DNA from: Escherichia coli
Lineage (GTDB): Bacteria > Pseudomonadota > Gammaproteobacteria > Enterobacterales > Enterobacteriaceae
Strand: one strand, 5' to 3'
Length of the DNA stretch: 64,000 nt
Assembly: GCF_017348835.2 (NCBI RefSeq)
Contig: NZ_CP071375.1
Shown: positions 32,758 through 44,585 of the stretch, one piece after another
How positions within the stretch are numbered: the first letter of the stretch is position 1
Layout: each line of letters starts with the position of its first letter
The notes under the pieces: generated by a model
The model's database searches: none
What the model was told of the DNA's origin: nothing
What the model saw: the letters and a program-made list of their open reading frames with translations, nothing else
Position numbers and translations under genes: made by a program

Positions 32758-33933
32758 ATGGATACGTCACTGGCTGAGGAAGTACAGCAGACCATGGCAA
32801 CACTTGCGCCCAATCGCTTTTTCTTTATGTCGCCGTACCGCAGTTTTACGACGTCAGGATGTTTCGCCCGCTTCGATGAACCGGCTGTGAACGGGGATTC
32901 GCCCGACAGTCCCTTCCAGCAAAAACTCGCCGCGCTGTTTGCCGATGCCAAAGCGCAGGGCATCAAAAATCCGGTGATGGTCGGGGCGATTCCCTTCGAT
33001 CCACGTCAGCCTTCGTCGCTGTATATTCCTGAATCCTGGCAGTCGTTCTCCCGTCAGGAAAAACAAGCTTCCGCACGCCGTTTCACCCGCAGCCAGTCGC
33101 TGAATGTGGTGGAACGCCAGGCAATTCCGGAGCAAACCACGTTTGAACAGATGGTTGCCCGCGCCGCCGCACTTACCGCCACGCCGCAGGTCGACAAAGT
33201 GGTGTTGTCACGGTTGATTGATATCACCACTGACGCCGCCATTGATAGTGGCGTATTGCTGGAACGGTTGATTGCGCAAAACCCGGTTAGTTACAACTTC
33301 CATGTCCCGCTGGCAGATGGTGGCGTTCTGCTGGGGGCCAGCCCGGAACTGCTGCTACGTAAAGACGGTGAGCGTTTTAGCTCCATTCCGTTAGCCGGTT
33401 CCGCGCGTCGTCAGCCGGATGAAGTGCTCGATCGCGAAGCGGGTAATCGTCTGCTGGCGTCAGAAAAAGATCGCCATGAACATGAACTGGTGACTCAGGC
33501 GATGAAAGAGGTACTGCGCGAACGCAGTAGTGAGTTACACGTTCCTTCCTCTCCACAATTGATTACCACGCCGACGCTGTGGCATCTCGCAACTCCCTTT
33601 GAAGGTAAAGCGAATTCGCAAGAAAACGCACTGACTCTGGCCTGTCTGCTGCATCCGACCCCCGCGCTGAGTGGTTTCCCGCATCAGGCCGCGGCCCAGG
33701 TTATTGCTGAACTGGAGCCGTTCGACCGCGAACTGTTTGGCGGCATTGTGGGTTGGTGTGACAGCGAAGGTAACGGCGAATGGGTGGTGACCATCCGCTG
33801 CGCGAAGCTGCGGGAAAATCAGGTGCGTCTGTTTGCCGGAGCGGGGATTGTGCCTGCGTCGTCACCGTTGGGTGAGTGGCGCGAAACAGGCGTCAAACTT
33901 TCTACCATGTTGAACGTTTTTGGATTGCATTAA
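32758..33933 (+). CDS. entC: EntC, isochorismate synthase
   Basis: ORF 32746-33933; start taken at MDTSLAEEV giving 391 aa. Confidence 0.93.
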   Translation: MDTSLAEEVQQTMATLAPNRFFFMSPYRSFTTSGCFARFDEPAVNGDSPDSPFQQKLAALFADAKAQGIKNPVMVGAIPFDPRQPSSLYIPESWQSFSRQEKQASARRFTRSQSLNVVERQAIPEQTTFEQMVARAAALTATPQVDKVVLSRLIDITTDAAIDSGVLLERLIAQNPVSYNFHVPLADGGVLLGASPELLLRKDGERFSSIPLAGSARRQPDEVLDREAGNRLLASEKDRHEHELVTQAMKEVLRERSSELHVPSSPQLITTPTLWHLATPFEGKANSQENALTLACLLHPTPALSGFPHQAAAQVIAELEPFDRELFGGIVGWCDSEGNGEWVVTIRCAKLRENQVRLFAGAGIVPASSPLGEWRETGVKLSTMLNVFGLH

Positions 33934-33942
33934 GGAGCGAGG

Positions 33943-35553
33943 ATGAGCATTCCATTCACCCGCTGGCCGGAAGAGTTTGCCCGTCGCTATCGGGAAAAAG
34001 GCTACTGGCAGGATTTGCCGCTGACCGACATTCTGACTCGCCACGCTGCGAGTGACAGCATCGCGGTTATCGACGGCGAGCGACAGTTGAGTTACCGGGA
34101 GCTGAATCAGGCGGCGGATAACCTCGCGTGTAGTTTACGCCGTCAGGGCATTAAACCTGGTGAAACCGCGCTGGTACAACTGGGTAACGTCGCTGAACTT
34201 TACATTACCTTTTTCGCACTGCTGAAACTGGGCGTTGCGCCGGTGCTGGCGCTGTTCAGCCATCAGCGTAGTGAACTGAACGCCTATGCCAGCCAGATTG
34301 AACCGGTGTTACTGATTGCCGATCGCCAACATGCGCTGTTTAGCGGGGATGATTTCCTCAATACTTTCGTCACAGAACATTCCTCCATTCGCGTGGTGCA
34401 ACTGCTCAACGACAGCGGTGAGCATAACTTGCAGGATGCGATTAACCATCCGGCTGAGGATTTTACTGCCACGCCGTCACCTGCTGATGAAGTGGCCTAT
34501 TTCCAGCTTTCCGGCGGCACCACCGGCACACCGAAACTGATCCCGCGCACTCATAACGACTACTACTACAGCGTGCGTCGTAGCGTCGAGATTTGTCAGT
34601 TCACACAACAGACACGCTACCTGTGCGCGATCCCGGCGGCTCATAACTACGCCATGAGTTCGCCGGGATCGCTGGGGGTATTTCTTGCCGGAGGAACGGT
34701 TGTTCTGGCGGCCGATCCCAGCGCCACGCTTTGCTTCCCATTGATTGAAAAACATCAGGTGAACGTTACCGCGCTGGTGCCACCGGCAGTCAGCCTGTGG
34801 TTGCAGGCGCTGGCTGAAGGCGAAAGCCGGGCGCAGCTTGCCTCGCTAAAACTGTTACAGGTCGGTGGCGCACGTCTTTCTGCCACGCTTGCGGCGCGTA
34901 TTCCCGCTGAGATTGGCTGCCAGTTGCAGCAGGTGTTTGGCATGGCGGAAGGGCTGGTGAACTACACCCGACTTGATGATAGCGCGGAGAAAATTATCCA
35001 TACCCAGGGTTACCCAATGTGTCCGGACGATGAAGTGTGGGTTGCCGATGCCGAAGGAAATCCACTGCCGCAAGGGGAAGTTGGACGCCTGATGACGCGC
35101 GGGCCGTACACCTTCCGCGGTTATTACAAAAGTCCGCAGCACAATGCCAGTGCCTTTGATGCCAACGGTTTTTACTGTTCCGGCGATCTGATCTCTATTG
35201 ATCCAGAGGGTTACATCACCGTGCAGGGGCGCGAGAAAGATCAGATCAACCGTGGCGGCGAGAAGATCGCTGCCGAAGAGATCGAAAACCTGCTGCTGCG
35301 CCATCCGGCGGTGATCTATGCCGCACTGGTGAGCATGGAAGATGAGCTGATGGGCGAAAAAAGCTGTGCTTATCTGGTGGTAAAAGAGCCGTTGCGCGCG
35401 GTGCAGGTGCGTCGTTTCCTGCGTGAACAGGGTATTGCCGAATTTAAATTACCGGATCGCGTGGAGTGTGTGGATTCACTTCCGCTGACGGCGGTCGGGA
35501 AAGTCGATAAAAAACAATTACGTCAGTGGCTGGCGTCACGCGCATCAGCCTGA
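33943..35553 (+). CDS. entE: EntE, 2,3-dihydroxybenzoate-AMP ligase
   Basis: 536-aa ORF; adenylate-forming motifs SGGTTGTPK and YCSGD. Confidence 0.95.
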   Translation: MSIPFTRWPEEFARRYREKGYWQDLPLTDILTRHAASDSIAVIDGERQLSYRELNQAADNLACSLRRQGIKPGETALVQLGNVAELYITFFALLKLGVAPVLALFSHQRSELNAYASQIEPVLLIADRQHALFSGDDFLNTFVTEHSSIRVVQLLNDSGEHNLQDAINHPAEDFTATPSPADEVAYFQLSGGTTGTPKLIPRTHNDYYYSVRRSVEICQFTQQTRYLCAIPAAHNYAMSSPGSLGVFLAGGTVVLAADPSATLCFPLIEKHQVNVTALVPPAVSLWLQALAEGESRAQLASLKLLQVGGARLSATLAARIPAEIGCQLQQVFGMAEGLVNYTRLDDSAEKIIHTQGYPMCPDDEVWVADAEGNPLPQGEVGRLMTRGPYTFRGYYKSPQHNASAFDANGFYCSGDLISIDPEGYITVQGREKDQINRGGEKIAAEEIENLLLRHPAVIYAALVSMEDELMGEKSCAYLVVKEPLRAVQVRRFLREQGIAEFKLPDRVECVDSLPLTAVGKVDKKQLRQWLASRASA

Positions 35554-35566
35554 AGGAGAGAACACG

Positions 35567-36423
35567 ATGGCTATTCCAAAATTACAGGCTTACGCATTGC
35601 CGGAGTCTCACGATATTCCACAGAATAAAGTCGATTGGGCCTTTGAACCGCAACGTGCCGCGTTGTTAATCCATGATATGCAGGACTATTTTGTCAGCTT
35701 CTGGGGCGAGAACTGCCCGATGATGGAGCAGGTGATCGCGAATATTGCTGCGCTGCGCGACTACTGTAAACAGCACAATATTCCGGTTTATTACACCGCC
35801 CAGCCGAAAGAGCAGAGCGATGAAGATCGGGCGCTGTTGAATGATATGTGGGGGCCGGGCCTGACCCGCTCGCCGGAACAGCAAAAGGTGGTGGATCGCC
35901 TGACGCCAGATGCCGACGACACGGTGCTGGTGAAGTGGCGCTACAGCGCGTTTCATCGTTCTCCGCTGGAGCAAATGCTCAAAGAGAGTGGACGTAACCA
36001 GCTGATTATTACAGGGGTATATGCCCACATTGGCTGTATGACCACCGCAACCGGCGCATTTATGCGCGATATTAAACCGTTTATGGTGGCGGATGCGCTG
36101 GCCGATTTCAGCCGTGACGAGCATTTGATGTCGCTGAAATATGTAGCCGGACGTTCTGGCCGGGTGGTGATGACCGAAGAATTACTGCCAGCACCTATCC
36201 CCGCCAGCAAAGCGGCGCTGCGTGAGGTGATCCTGCCGTTGCTGGACGAGTCCGATGAACCGTTCGATGACGACAACCTGATCGACTACGGTCTGGATTC
36301 GGTGCGCATGATGGCGCTGGCGGCGCGCTGGCGCAAAGTGCATGGCGATATCGACTTTGTCATGCTGGCGAAAAACCCGACCATCGACGCCTGGTGGAAG
36401 CTACTCTCCCGCGAGGTGAAATA

Positions 36424-36424
<1 letters not shown>
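35567..36424 (+). CDS. entB: EntB, isochorismatase / aryl carrier protein
   Basis: 285-aa ORF; carrier-protein serine motif GLDSV near C-terminus. Confidence 0.95.
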
Positions 36425-37586
<1,162 letters not shown>

Positions 37587-37628
37587 ACCCGACAGAATTA
37601 TATGAGATTGCAGGAAAACTCGGTTAAC

Positions 37629-37648
37629 GGAGTGATCGAGTTAACATT
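37629..37648. promoter_or_regulatory. CRP-like site upstream of cstA
   Basis: aGTGA-tcgagt-TaACA matches TGTGA-N6-TCACA at 4 of 5 positions in each half-site; cstA is a carbon-starvation gene. Confidence 0.4.
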
Positions 37649-37766
37649 GTTAAGTTAAATATTGGTTTCAACTCCGATTTACATGGTTGCTGTGTTGTTA
37701 AATTGCGCAAAGATGTTATAGAAACAAAATGTAACATCTCTATGGACACGCACACGGATAACAACT

Positions 37767-39872
37767 ATGAACAAATCAGGGAAATACCTCGTCTGGACAG
37801 TGCTCTCTGTAATGGGAGCATTTGCTCTGGGATACATTGCTTTAAATCGTGGGGAACAGATCAACGCGCTGTGGATTGTGGTGGCGTCGGTCTGTATCTA
37901 TCTGATCGCTTACCGTTTTTATGGCCTGTATATCGCCAAAAATGTGCTGGCGGTTGACCCGACGCGTATGACGCCAGCGGTGCGCCATAACGACGGGCTG
38001 GACTATGTGCCGACGGACAAGAAAGTGCTGTTCGGTCACCATTTTGCGGCCATTGCCGGAGCAGGTCCGTTGGTGGGGCCGGTGCTGGCAGCGCAAATGG
38101 GCTACCTGCCGGGGATGATCTGGCTGCTCGCCGGGGTGGTTCTCGCCGGTGCGGTGCAGGATTTCATGGTGCTGTTTGTTTCTACGCGCCGTGACGGTCG
38201 TTCGCTGGGTGAGCTGGTCAAAGAAGAGATGGGGCCAACCGCCGGGGTGATCGCGCTGGTGGCCTGCTTTATGATCATGGTCATTATCCTTGCAGTACTG
38301 GCGATGATCGTGGTGAAAGCCCTGACTCATAGCCCGTGGGGAACGTATACCGTTGCGTTCACCATTCCGCTGGCGCTGTTTATGGGGATCTACCTGCGCT
38401 ATCTGCGTCCGGGGCGTATTGGTGAAGTGTCGGTCATCGGTCTGGTATTCCTGATTTTCGCCATTATCTCTGGCGGCTGGGTGGCAGAAAGTCCGACCTG
38501 GGCACCGTACTTTGACTTTACCGGCGTGCAGCTGACCTGGATGCTGGTGGGTTACGGTTTTGTGGCGGCGGTGCTGCCGGTGTGGTTGCTGCTGGCTCCG
38601 CGTGACTACCTCTCTACCTTCCTGAAAATCGGGACGATCGTCGGTCTGGCGGTAGGCATTTTGATTATGCGCCCGACGCTGACCATGCCTGCACTAACTA
38701 AATTTGTTGATGGTACTGGCCCGGTATGGACCGGTAACCTGTTCCCGTTCCTGTTTATCACCATCGCCTGTGGCGCGGTGTCAGGCTTCCATGCGCTGAT
38801 CTCTTCCGGCACCACGCCGAAGATGCTGGCGAACGAAGGGCAGGCGTGCTTTATCGGCTACGGTGGAATGTTAATGGAATCCTTCGTGGCGATTATGGCG
38901 CTGGTTTCCGCCTGTATCATCGATCCGGGCGTTTACTTTGCCATGAACAGCCCAATGGCGGTGCTGGCTCCGGCAGGGACGGCGGATGTGGTCGCTTCTG
39001 CCGCGCAGGTGGTGAGTAGCTGGGGCTTTGCGATTACCCCGGATACGCTAAACCAGATTGCCAGCGAAGTGGGTGAACAGTCGATCATTTCCCGTGCGGG
39101 CGGTGCGCCGACGCTGGCGGTGGGGATGGCCTACATTCTGCACGGCGCGCTGGGCGGCATGATGGATGTGGCGTTCTGGTATCACTTCGCCATTTTGTTT
39201 GAAGCATTGTTTATTCTGACGGCGGTGGATGCAGGTACGCGTGCTGCGCGCTTTATGTTGCAGGATCTGCTGGGCGTGGTTTCTCCGGGCCTGAAACGGA
39301 CCGATTCACTGCCTGCTAACCTGCTGGCAACGGCGCTGTGCGTGCTAGCGTGGGGCTACTTCCTGCATCAGGGGGGGGTCGACCCGCTGGGTGGTATTAA
39401 CACTCTGTGGCCGCTGTTTGGTATTGCCAACCAGATGCTGGCAGGGATGGCGCTGATGCTCTGTGCCGTGGTGCTGTTCAAAATGAAACGTCAACGTTAC
39501 GCCTGGGTGGCGCTGGTACCAACGGCCTGGCTGCTGATTTGTACCCTGACCGCTGGCTGGCAGAAAGCGTTTAGCCCGGATGCGAAAGTCGGCTTCCTGG
39601 CCATTGCTAACAAGTTCCAGGCAATGATCGACAGCGGCAATATTCCGTCGCAGTATACTGAGTCACAGCTGGCGCAACTGGTGTTCAACAACCGTCTGGA
39701 TGCCGGGTTAACCATCTTCTTTATGGTGGTCGTGGTGGTTCTGGCACTGTTCTCGATTAAGACGGCACTTGCGGCATTGAAAGAGCCGAAGCCAACGGCG
39801 AAAGAAACGCCGTATGAGCCGATGCCGGAAAATGTTGAGGAGATCGTAGCGCAGGCGAAAGGCGCGCACTAA
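37767..39872 (+). CDS. cstA: CstA, carbon starvation protein / peptide-pyruvate transporter
   Basis: 701-aa polytopic membrane ORF; recognised by recall. Confidence 0.93.
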   Translation: MNKSGKYLVWTVLSVMGAFALGYIALNRGEQINALWIVVASVCIYLIAYRFYGLYIAKNVLAVDPTRMTPAVRHNDGLDYVPTDKKVLFGHHFAAIAGAGPLVGPVLAAQMGYLPGMIWLLAGVVLAGAVQDFMVLFVSTRRDGRSLGELVKEEMGPTAGVIALVACFMIMVIILAVLAMIVVKALTHSPWGTYTVAFTIPLALFMGIYLRYLRPGRIGEVSVIGLVFLIFAIISGGWVAESPTWAPYFDFTGVQLTWMLVGYGFVAAVLPVWLLLAPRDYLSTFLKIGTIVGLAVGILIMRPTLTMPALTKFVDGTGPVWTGNLFPFLFITIACGAVSGFHALISSGTTPKMLANEGQACFIGYGGMLMESFVAIMALVSACIIDPGVYFAMNSPMAVLAPAGTADVVASAAQVVSSWGFAITPDTLNQIASEVGEQSIISRAGGAPTLAVGMAYILHGALGGMMDVAFWYHFAILFEALFILTAVDAGTRAARFMLQDLLGVVSPGLKRTDSLPANLLATALCVLAWGYFLHQGGVDPLGGINTLWPLFGIANQMLAGMALMLCAVVLFKMKRQRYAWVALVPTAWLLICTLTAGWQKAFSPDAKVGFLAIANKFQAMIDSGNIPSQYTESQLAQLVFNNRLDAGLTIFFMVVVVVLALFSIKTALAALKEPKPTAKETPYEPMPENVEEIVAQAKGAH

Positions 39873-39879
39873 AGTCAGA

Positions 39880-40020
39880 GTGAGGGGGATGTTGGCGAAT
39901 GTTGGCATAGTGCCGAGGGTTCCCCCTCACTCTAACCATCTCCCCGATGGGGCGAGGGGACTGACCGAGCGCGTTGATAGCATTTGTAGGCCGGATAAAG
40001 CGTTCACGCCGCATCCGGCA
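39880..40020. repeat. Palindromic intergenic repeats (REP-like) between cstA and ybdD
   Basis: AGAGTGAGGGGGA ... TCCCCCTCACTCT inverted repeat at about 39880-39935, then REP unit GTAGGCCGGATAAAGCGTTCACGCCGCATCCGGCA. Confidence 0.75.
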
Positions 40021-40052
40021 CTCTTTCAGCAACATGGTTAGCGGAGGCCAAG

Positions 40053-40250
40053 ATGTTTGATTCACTGGCAAAAGCCGGAAAATATTTAGGTCAGGCGGCG
40101 AAGCTGATGATTGGTATGCCTGATTACGACAACTATGTCGAACATATGCGGGTTAACCATCCCGATCAAACGCCGATGACCTACGAAGAGTTTTTCCGTG
40201 AGCGGCAGGACGCGCGCTACGGTGGAAAAGGCGGCGCGCGCTGCTGCTAA
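40053..40250 (+). CDS. ybdD: YbdD, small DUF466-family protein co-located with cstA
   Basis: 65-aa ORF; recognised by recall. Confidence 0.85.
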   Translation: MFDSLAKAGKYLGQAAKLMIGMPDYDNYVEHMRVNHPDQTPMTYEEFFRERQDARYGGKGGARCC

Positions 40251-41347
40251 ATTTGCACGTCAGGCTTTAACGATTCCACTTTTTCGAACGCTGCACGCAA
40301 CGTATCTGGTGTCAGCGTGACTGGCAGGTAATGAATGGACTCCACCGGGCGCAAGGTGTGGGCAATCACTTTGTCGATCTCCGCCTGATTATTGATATCC
40401 ACTTCCAGCTCCGCCAGCGTAGTCGGCAGATGAAAACGCTGATACGCTCCAGTTAATTGCGCCAGAACATCATCCTGACCCAGCAAGGCGCTTTGCACCA
40501 GAATTCCGTAGGCGACTTTGGTGCCGTGAAGAAACTTCTCGGTTTGCGGCAGCACGGTCAGACCGTTATGCACGGCGTGAGCCGCCGCCACACGCGTAAA
40601 ACGATCGCCCAGACCACCGACCATTCCACCTCCGGCGATAATGGCATCCACCACATCGCAAAATGATTGCGTTAACTGCTGATTTTGCTGATCGCTCAGC
40701 GCCTGTTCGCTACTGTTTAACAAGACGTCGCGAATGGCCTGCGCATTATTGATCCCCAGCCGCACGGTTAGCGGCAACGTTTCTGGTTGCGGAGCCAGCA
40801 CCACCGCTTCATACCATTTCGCCAGCGTGTCACCGATCCCCGCCAGCAGATATTGTTGCGGCGCATTGAGGATAATCTCTGGTTCCACCAGCACCATAAA
40901 ATTGGCGTCGTCGAAAATCTCATAATGCAGCGCCTGTCCGGCATCGTTATACCAGACGGAGAGCGGTGTCCAGGCGGCGCAGGTGGCGGCGATCGTCGGA
41001 GCGGCAACAAATGGCAGACCGAGACGGCGGGCGAGGGCTTTCGCGGTGTCGAGTAGTGCGCCGCCGCCGACGCCAATCACCACGCTGCGATCGTCACCGG
41101 ACTCAGCCGCCAGTTGTTGTACATCGCTTTCGCTGCAATGACCGCGAAACAAAATATGCTTTGCCCCCGGCAGTTCAAACGCTGGCGGAAGTTTGGTTTG
41201 CGCCGCAGCAATGGCGCGTTCGCCGTAGATCCACACCGCGCGAGAAAGTTGTTCATCAGTGAAAAAATCGTGCAGATGATTGAAACTTCCTGGATGTGAA
41301 AAGTAGTTAGCCGGGCCGACGACCACGCGGATAGGATTGTGAGGCAT
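40247..41347 (-). CDS. ybdH: YbdH, iron-containing (group III) alcohol/hydroxycarboxylate dehydrogenase
   Basis: 366-aa ORF (exact start not verified); glycerol-dehydrogenase-like motifs. Confidence 0.88.
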   Translation of the reverse strand: MPHNPIRVVVGPANYFSHPGSFNHLHDFFTDEQLSRAVWIYGERAIAAAQTKLPPAFELPGAKHILFRGHCSESDVQQLAAESGDDRSVVIGVGGGALLDTAKALARRLGLPFVAAPTIAATCAAWTPLSVWYNDAGQALHYEIFDDANFMVLVEPEIILNAPQQYLLAGIGDTLAKWYEAVVLAPQPETLPLTVRLGINNAQAIRDVLLNSSEQALSDQQNQQLTQSFCDVVDAIIAGGGMVGGLGDRFTRVAAAHAVHNGLTVLPQTEKFLHGTKVAYGILVQSALLGQDDVLAQLTGAYQRFHLPTTLAELEVDINNQAEIDKVIAHTLRPVESIHYLPVTLTPDTLRAAFEKVESLKPDVQI

Positions 41348-41455
41348 GTTGTGTTGTCCTTATTGTTTTATTTAGACATCTAAACGTCTTGATTGCCAAA
41401 TACTAGCATCGTGTTATAGTGCCTTCAACACGCAACTTCGTCAGGTACAATAAAA

Positions 41456-42616
41456 ATGACAAATAACCCTCTGATTCCACAAAGCAAACTTCCACAACTT
41501 GGCACCACTATTTTCACCCAGATGAGCGCGCTGGCGCAGCAACACCAGGCGATTAACCTGTCGCAAGGCTTTCCTGATTTTGATGGTCCGCGCTATTTAC
41601 AGGAGCGGCTGGCGTACCACGTTGCCCAAGGGGCAAACCAATACGCGCCCATGACCGGCGTGCAGGCCTTGCGCGAGGCGATTGCTCAGAAAACGGAACG
41701 TTTGTATGGCTATCAACCAGATGCCGATAGCGATATCACCGTAACGGCAGGGGCGACGGAGGCGTTATACGCGGCGATTACCGCATTGGTGCGCAATGGC
41801 GATGAAGTGATTTGTTTTGATCCCAGCTATGACAGTTACGCCCCCGCCATCGCGCTTTCTGGGGGAATAGTGAAGCGTATGGCACTGCAACCACCGCATT
41901 TTCGCGTTGACTGGCAGGAATTTGCCGCATTGTTAAGCGAGCGCACCAGACTGGTGATCCTCAACACTCCGCATAACCCCAGTGCAACTGTCTGGCAGCA
42001 GGCTGATTTCGCCGCTTTGTGGCAGGCGATCGCCGGGCACGAGATTTTTGTCATTAGCGATGAAGTCTACGAGCACATCAACTTTTCACAACAGGGCCAT
42101 GCCAGTGTGCTGGCGCATCCGCAGCTGCGTGAGCGGGCAGTGGCGGTTTCTTCATTTGGCAAGACCTATCATATGACCGGCTGGAAAGTGGGTTATTGTG
42201 TTGCGCCAGCGCCCATCAGCGCCGAAATTCGCAAGGTACATCAGTATCTGACCTTTTCGGTGAATACCCCGGCACAGCTGGCGCTTGCTGATATGCTACG
42301 TGCAGAACCTGAGCATTATCTTGCGTTACCGGACTTTTATCGCCAGAAGCGCGATATTCTGGTGAATGCTTTAAATGAAAGCCGGATGGAGATTTTACCG
42401 TGTGAAGGTACATACTTTTTGCTGGTGGATTACAGCGCCGTATCTACCCTGGATGATGTTGAGTTTTGCCAGTGGCTGACGCAGGAGCACGGCGTAGCGG
42501 CGATTCCGCTATCGGTGTTTTGCGCCGATCCCTTCCCTCATAAACTGATTCGTCTCTGTTTTGCCAAGAAGGAATCGACGTTGCTGGCAGCAGCTGAACG
42601 CCTGCGCCAGCTTTAG
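41456..42616 (+). CDS. ybdL: YbdL, PLP-dependent methionine aminotransferase
   Basis: 386-aa ORF; aminotransferase class I features including SFGKT (PLP lysine). Confidence 0.9.
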   Translation: MTNNPLIPQSKLPQLGTTIFTQMSALAQQHQAINLSQGFPDFDGPRYLQERLAYHVAQGANQYAPMTGVQALREAIAQKTERLYGYQPDADSDITVTAGATEALYAAITALVRNGDEVICFDPSYDSYAPAIALSGGIVKRMALQPPHFRVDWQEFAALLSERTRLVILNTPHNPSATVWQQADFAALWQAIAGHEIFVISDEVYEHINFSQQGHASVLAHPQLRERAVAVSSFGKTYHMTGWKVGYCVAPAPISAEIRKVHQYLTFSVNTPAQLALADMLRAEPEHYLALPDFYRQKRDILVNALNESRMEILPCEGTYFLLVDYSAVSTLDDVEFCQWLTQEHGVAAIPLSVFCADPFPHKLIRLCFAKKESTLLAAAERLRQL

Positions 42617-43246
42617 CTATTTAACCGTCCAGGCGCGGGAATATTGACGGTCGGCAAACAACTCTTGCAGGCCGTTAATTTGCTTCAGGCGCAGCACTTC
42701 GTCGCTGTCCATTCCCAGCTCTTTGCCAATTTTATTATCGTCCCATCCCAACTGGCTAAGTTCACGGACGATTTCCGACATGGCGGTGATTTGATGGCGT
42801 CCACGAGCGCGATTATGACGAATAGTCGCGGCGATGCGTTGATTACGCGTACCTTCCAGACAGGTCACCGGCAAATAACCTTTTAAGCGTAATTGTAATG
42901 ATGATGAGCCTTTACCAATTTCATGGCGGTGAAAACCATCCACGATTTCCAGGGCATTTTTATCCGTATGCGTGACCACAATGGGTTGGGTAAAACCATC
43001 TATTTCAATGGATTTTTTCAGCAGTTTTTTTTCGGGTGGTGCCACGTTGTTTGGGTTGTAATCATTAGGCATAAGTTGGCTGTTTTTAACCCACAGAACG
43101 CAATCCACTGGCTCTTCACGAAAGGGGCTAACCTGATGGATCGCCATGCGGATTTCATTAATCGCTTTGATGCGATCATCTTCCGGCAAGCTGGCGAGAA
43201 ATTGCGTTAAATCCTGCGTTAATCGTTGTTGCATAGTATCCCCCAT
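42617..43246 (-). CDS. ybdM: YbdM, ParB-like nuclease-domain protein (IbrB-like)
   Basis: 209-aa ORF; DGFHRH and RHNRARG motifs resemble ParB/sulfiredoxin boxes; 28-nt overlap with ybdN. Confidence 0.85.
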   Translation of the reverse strand: MGDTMQQRLTQDLTQFLASLPEDDRIKAINEIRMAIHQVSPFREEPVDCVLWVKNSQLMPNDYNPNNVAPPEKKLLKKSIEIDGFTQPIVVTHTDKNALEIVDGFHRHEIGKGSSSLQLRLKGYLPVTCLEGTRNQRIAATIRHNRARGRHQITAMSEIVRELSQLGWDDNKIGKELGMDSDEVLRLKQINGLQELFADRQYSRAWTVK

Positions 43247-44439
43247 TCCTGACGTTTTCCTTTTATCCGTTCGTTATAACGCTGATAGTTCTTCGCTTTC
43301 GTAGGACTAAATGATAATGCCCGACACCAGTAATCGTTATTGAGTAAAACTTTGCATATCCGCCGCCAGGAAGGGATATCTTTCGCGCCAATGTCCCCTT
43401 GCTGGGTTTGTGGAACCTCGATGCCTTTTTTCTGATACCAGTGCAAATAAATGGCGATTTTATTGCGGTAATGCTCAGCTGTTTTTTCCGGCATGCTATT
43501 GAGCAGCAATAATGCATATTCTTGCCAGTCTAAATGTTCTGGCTTGAGGATTTTCCGATGCCCATAGAAATGATTGTCATGTCCGGCGTAAATGCCGCCA
43601 CTTTTTACCCCGCTGACTCGTGCGCACATAGCAGCCCAGCGATCCGGTTCGATAACGTGATAGAGCCATAATCCTTGTCGTTGCTCCGGGCCAAAAGGTT
43701 CGCAAATTCGCATATGACGCAGAGGAACGCCTGCCTGATACATTAGGTTATACAGTGGGTTGCAGAGACTTTGATGATTTGCATACCAGGTCCAGATATC
43801 AGCCACTTTCCAGTCGTAAATGGGATAAATGTACCAGCTATGACCGCCTGGTGCGGCCGTAGTCCAGGGTTTATCGTCGGCAAAACGTTGTTTATTTAAA
43901 CTGGCGATGGCGACAAAACGGTTGTAGGACTCATCCGCACGGATGCCGATCATCATCGCCGCCGGACGTTTTTGTGAAAACCATTCGGCAAACTCACGTA
44001 CAAATTGTTCGAAGGTCATGCCTGGCTGGTAAAAGGAGAAAAAGTCAGGATCGGTTATCGCATCTTGCGGGGGCTGACGCACCCATTCGACATCAGGTTC
44101 CCAGCACTGCCATTCGGGTTGGTATTGTGAAAGGGAATTTTGCGTCGTAAGCGGGAGCGCAACCCAGTAAAACTCTTCGATGACATCGGTGTACAACTCG
44201 CGCAGGGACTGAACATAGTTAATGGTGCAAGAGAATTGCGCCTCCCAGTCGATAAACAAAACGCAGATTTTTTTGCCCATTTGTCGAGCAAGTTCGGCTG
44301 TCAGATGCAGCATTAAACCAGAGTCTTTGCCGCCAGAAAATGAGACACAAACGCGGGGTAGGGTGTTGAGTGTCCAGGTAATACGCTCTCGTGCAGCTTC
44401 CAGAATATTGAGCGGAAGAGGAATTTTATAAATAGACAT
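43219..44439 (-). CDS. ybdN: YbdN, PAPS-reductase-like PP-loop ATP pyrophosphatase family protein (IbrA-like)
   Basis: 406-aa ORF; PP-loop SFSGGKDS at residues 33-40. Confidence 0.85.
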   Translation of the reverse strand: MSIYKIPLPLNILEAARERITWTLNTLPRVCVSFSGGKDSGLMLHLTAELARQMGKKICVLFIDWEAQFSCTINYVQSLRELYTDVIEEFYWVALPLTTQNSLSQYQPEWQCWEPDVEWVRQPPQDAITDPDFFSFYQPGMTFEQFVREFAEWFSQKRPAAMMIGIRADESYNRFVAIASLNKQRFADDKPWTTAAPGGHSWYIYPIYDWKVADIWTWYANHQSLCNPLYNLMYQAGVPLRHMRICEPFGPEQRQGLWLYHVIEPDRWAAMCARVSGVKSGGIYAGHDNHFYGHRKILKPEHLDWQEYALLLLNSMPEKTAEHYRNKIAIYLHWYQKKGIEVPQTQQGDIGAKDIPSWRRICKVLLNNDYWCRALSFSPTKAKNYQRYNERIKGKRQEWGILCNND

Positions 44440-44585
44440 CTGAAGACGCTCTCTGAACGTTACAGGGTGATCAGTGAGATAAGACTGTTAATTATAAAGT
44501 AAACACTGAAAAGCAGAGTGTTTTATTTTTCATTCGCGCTGTGAATAAATAGGTGAAAGTTATAGTAGCTGTCTGAAGTTATATA

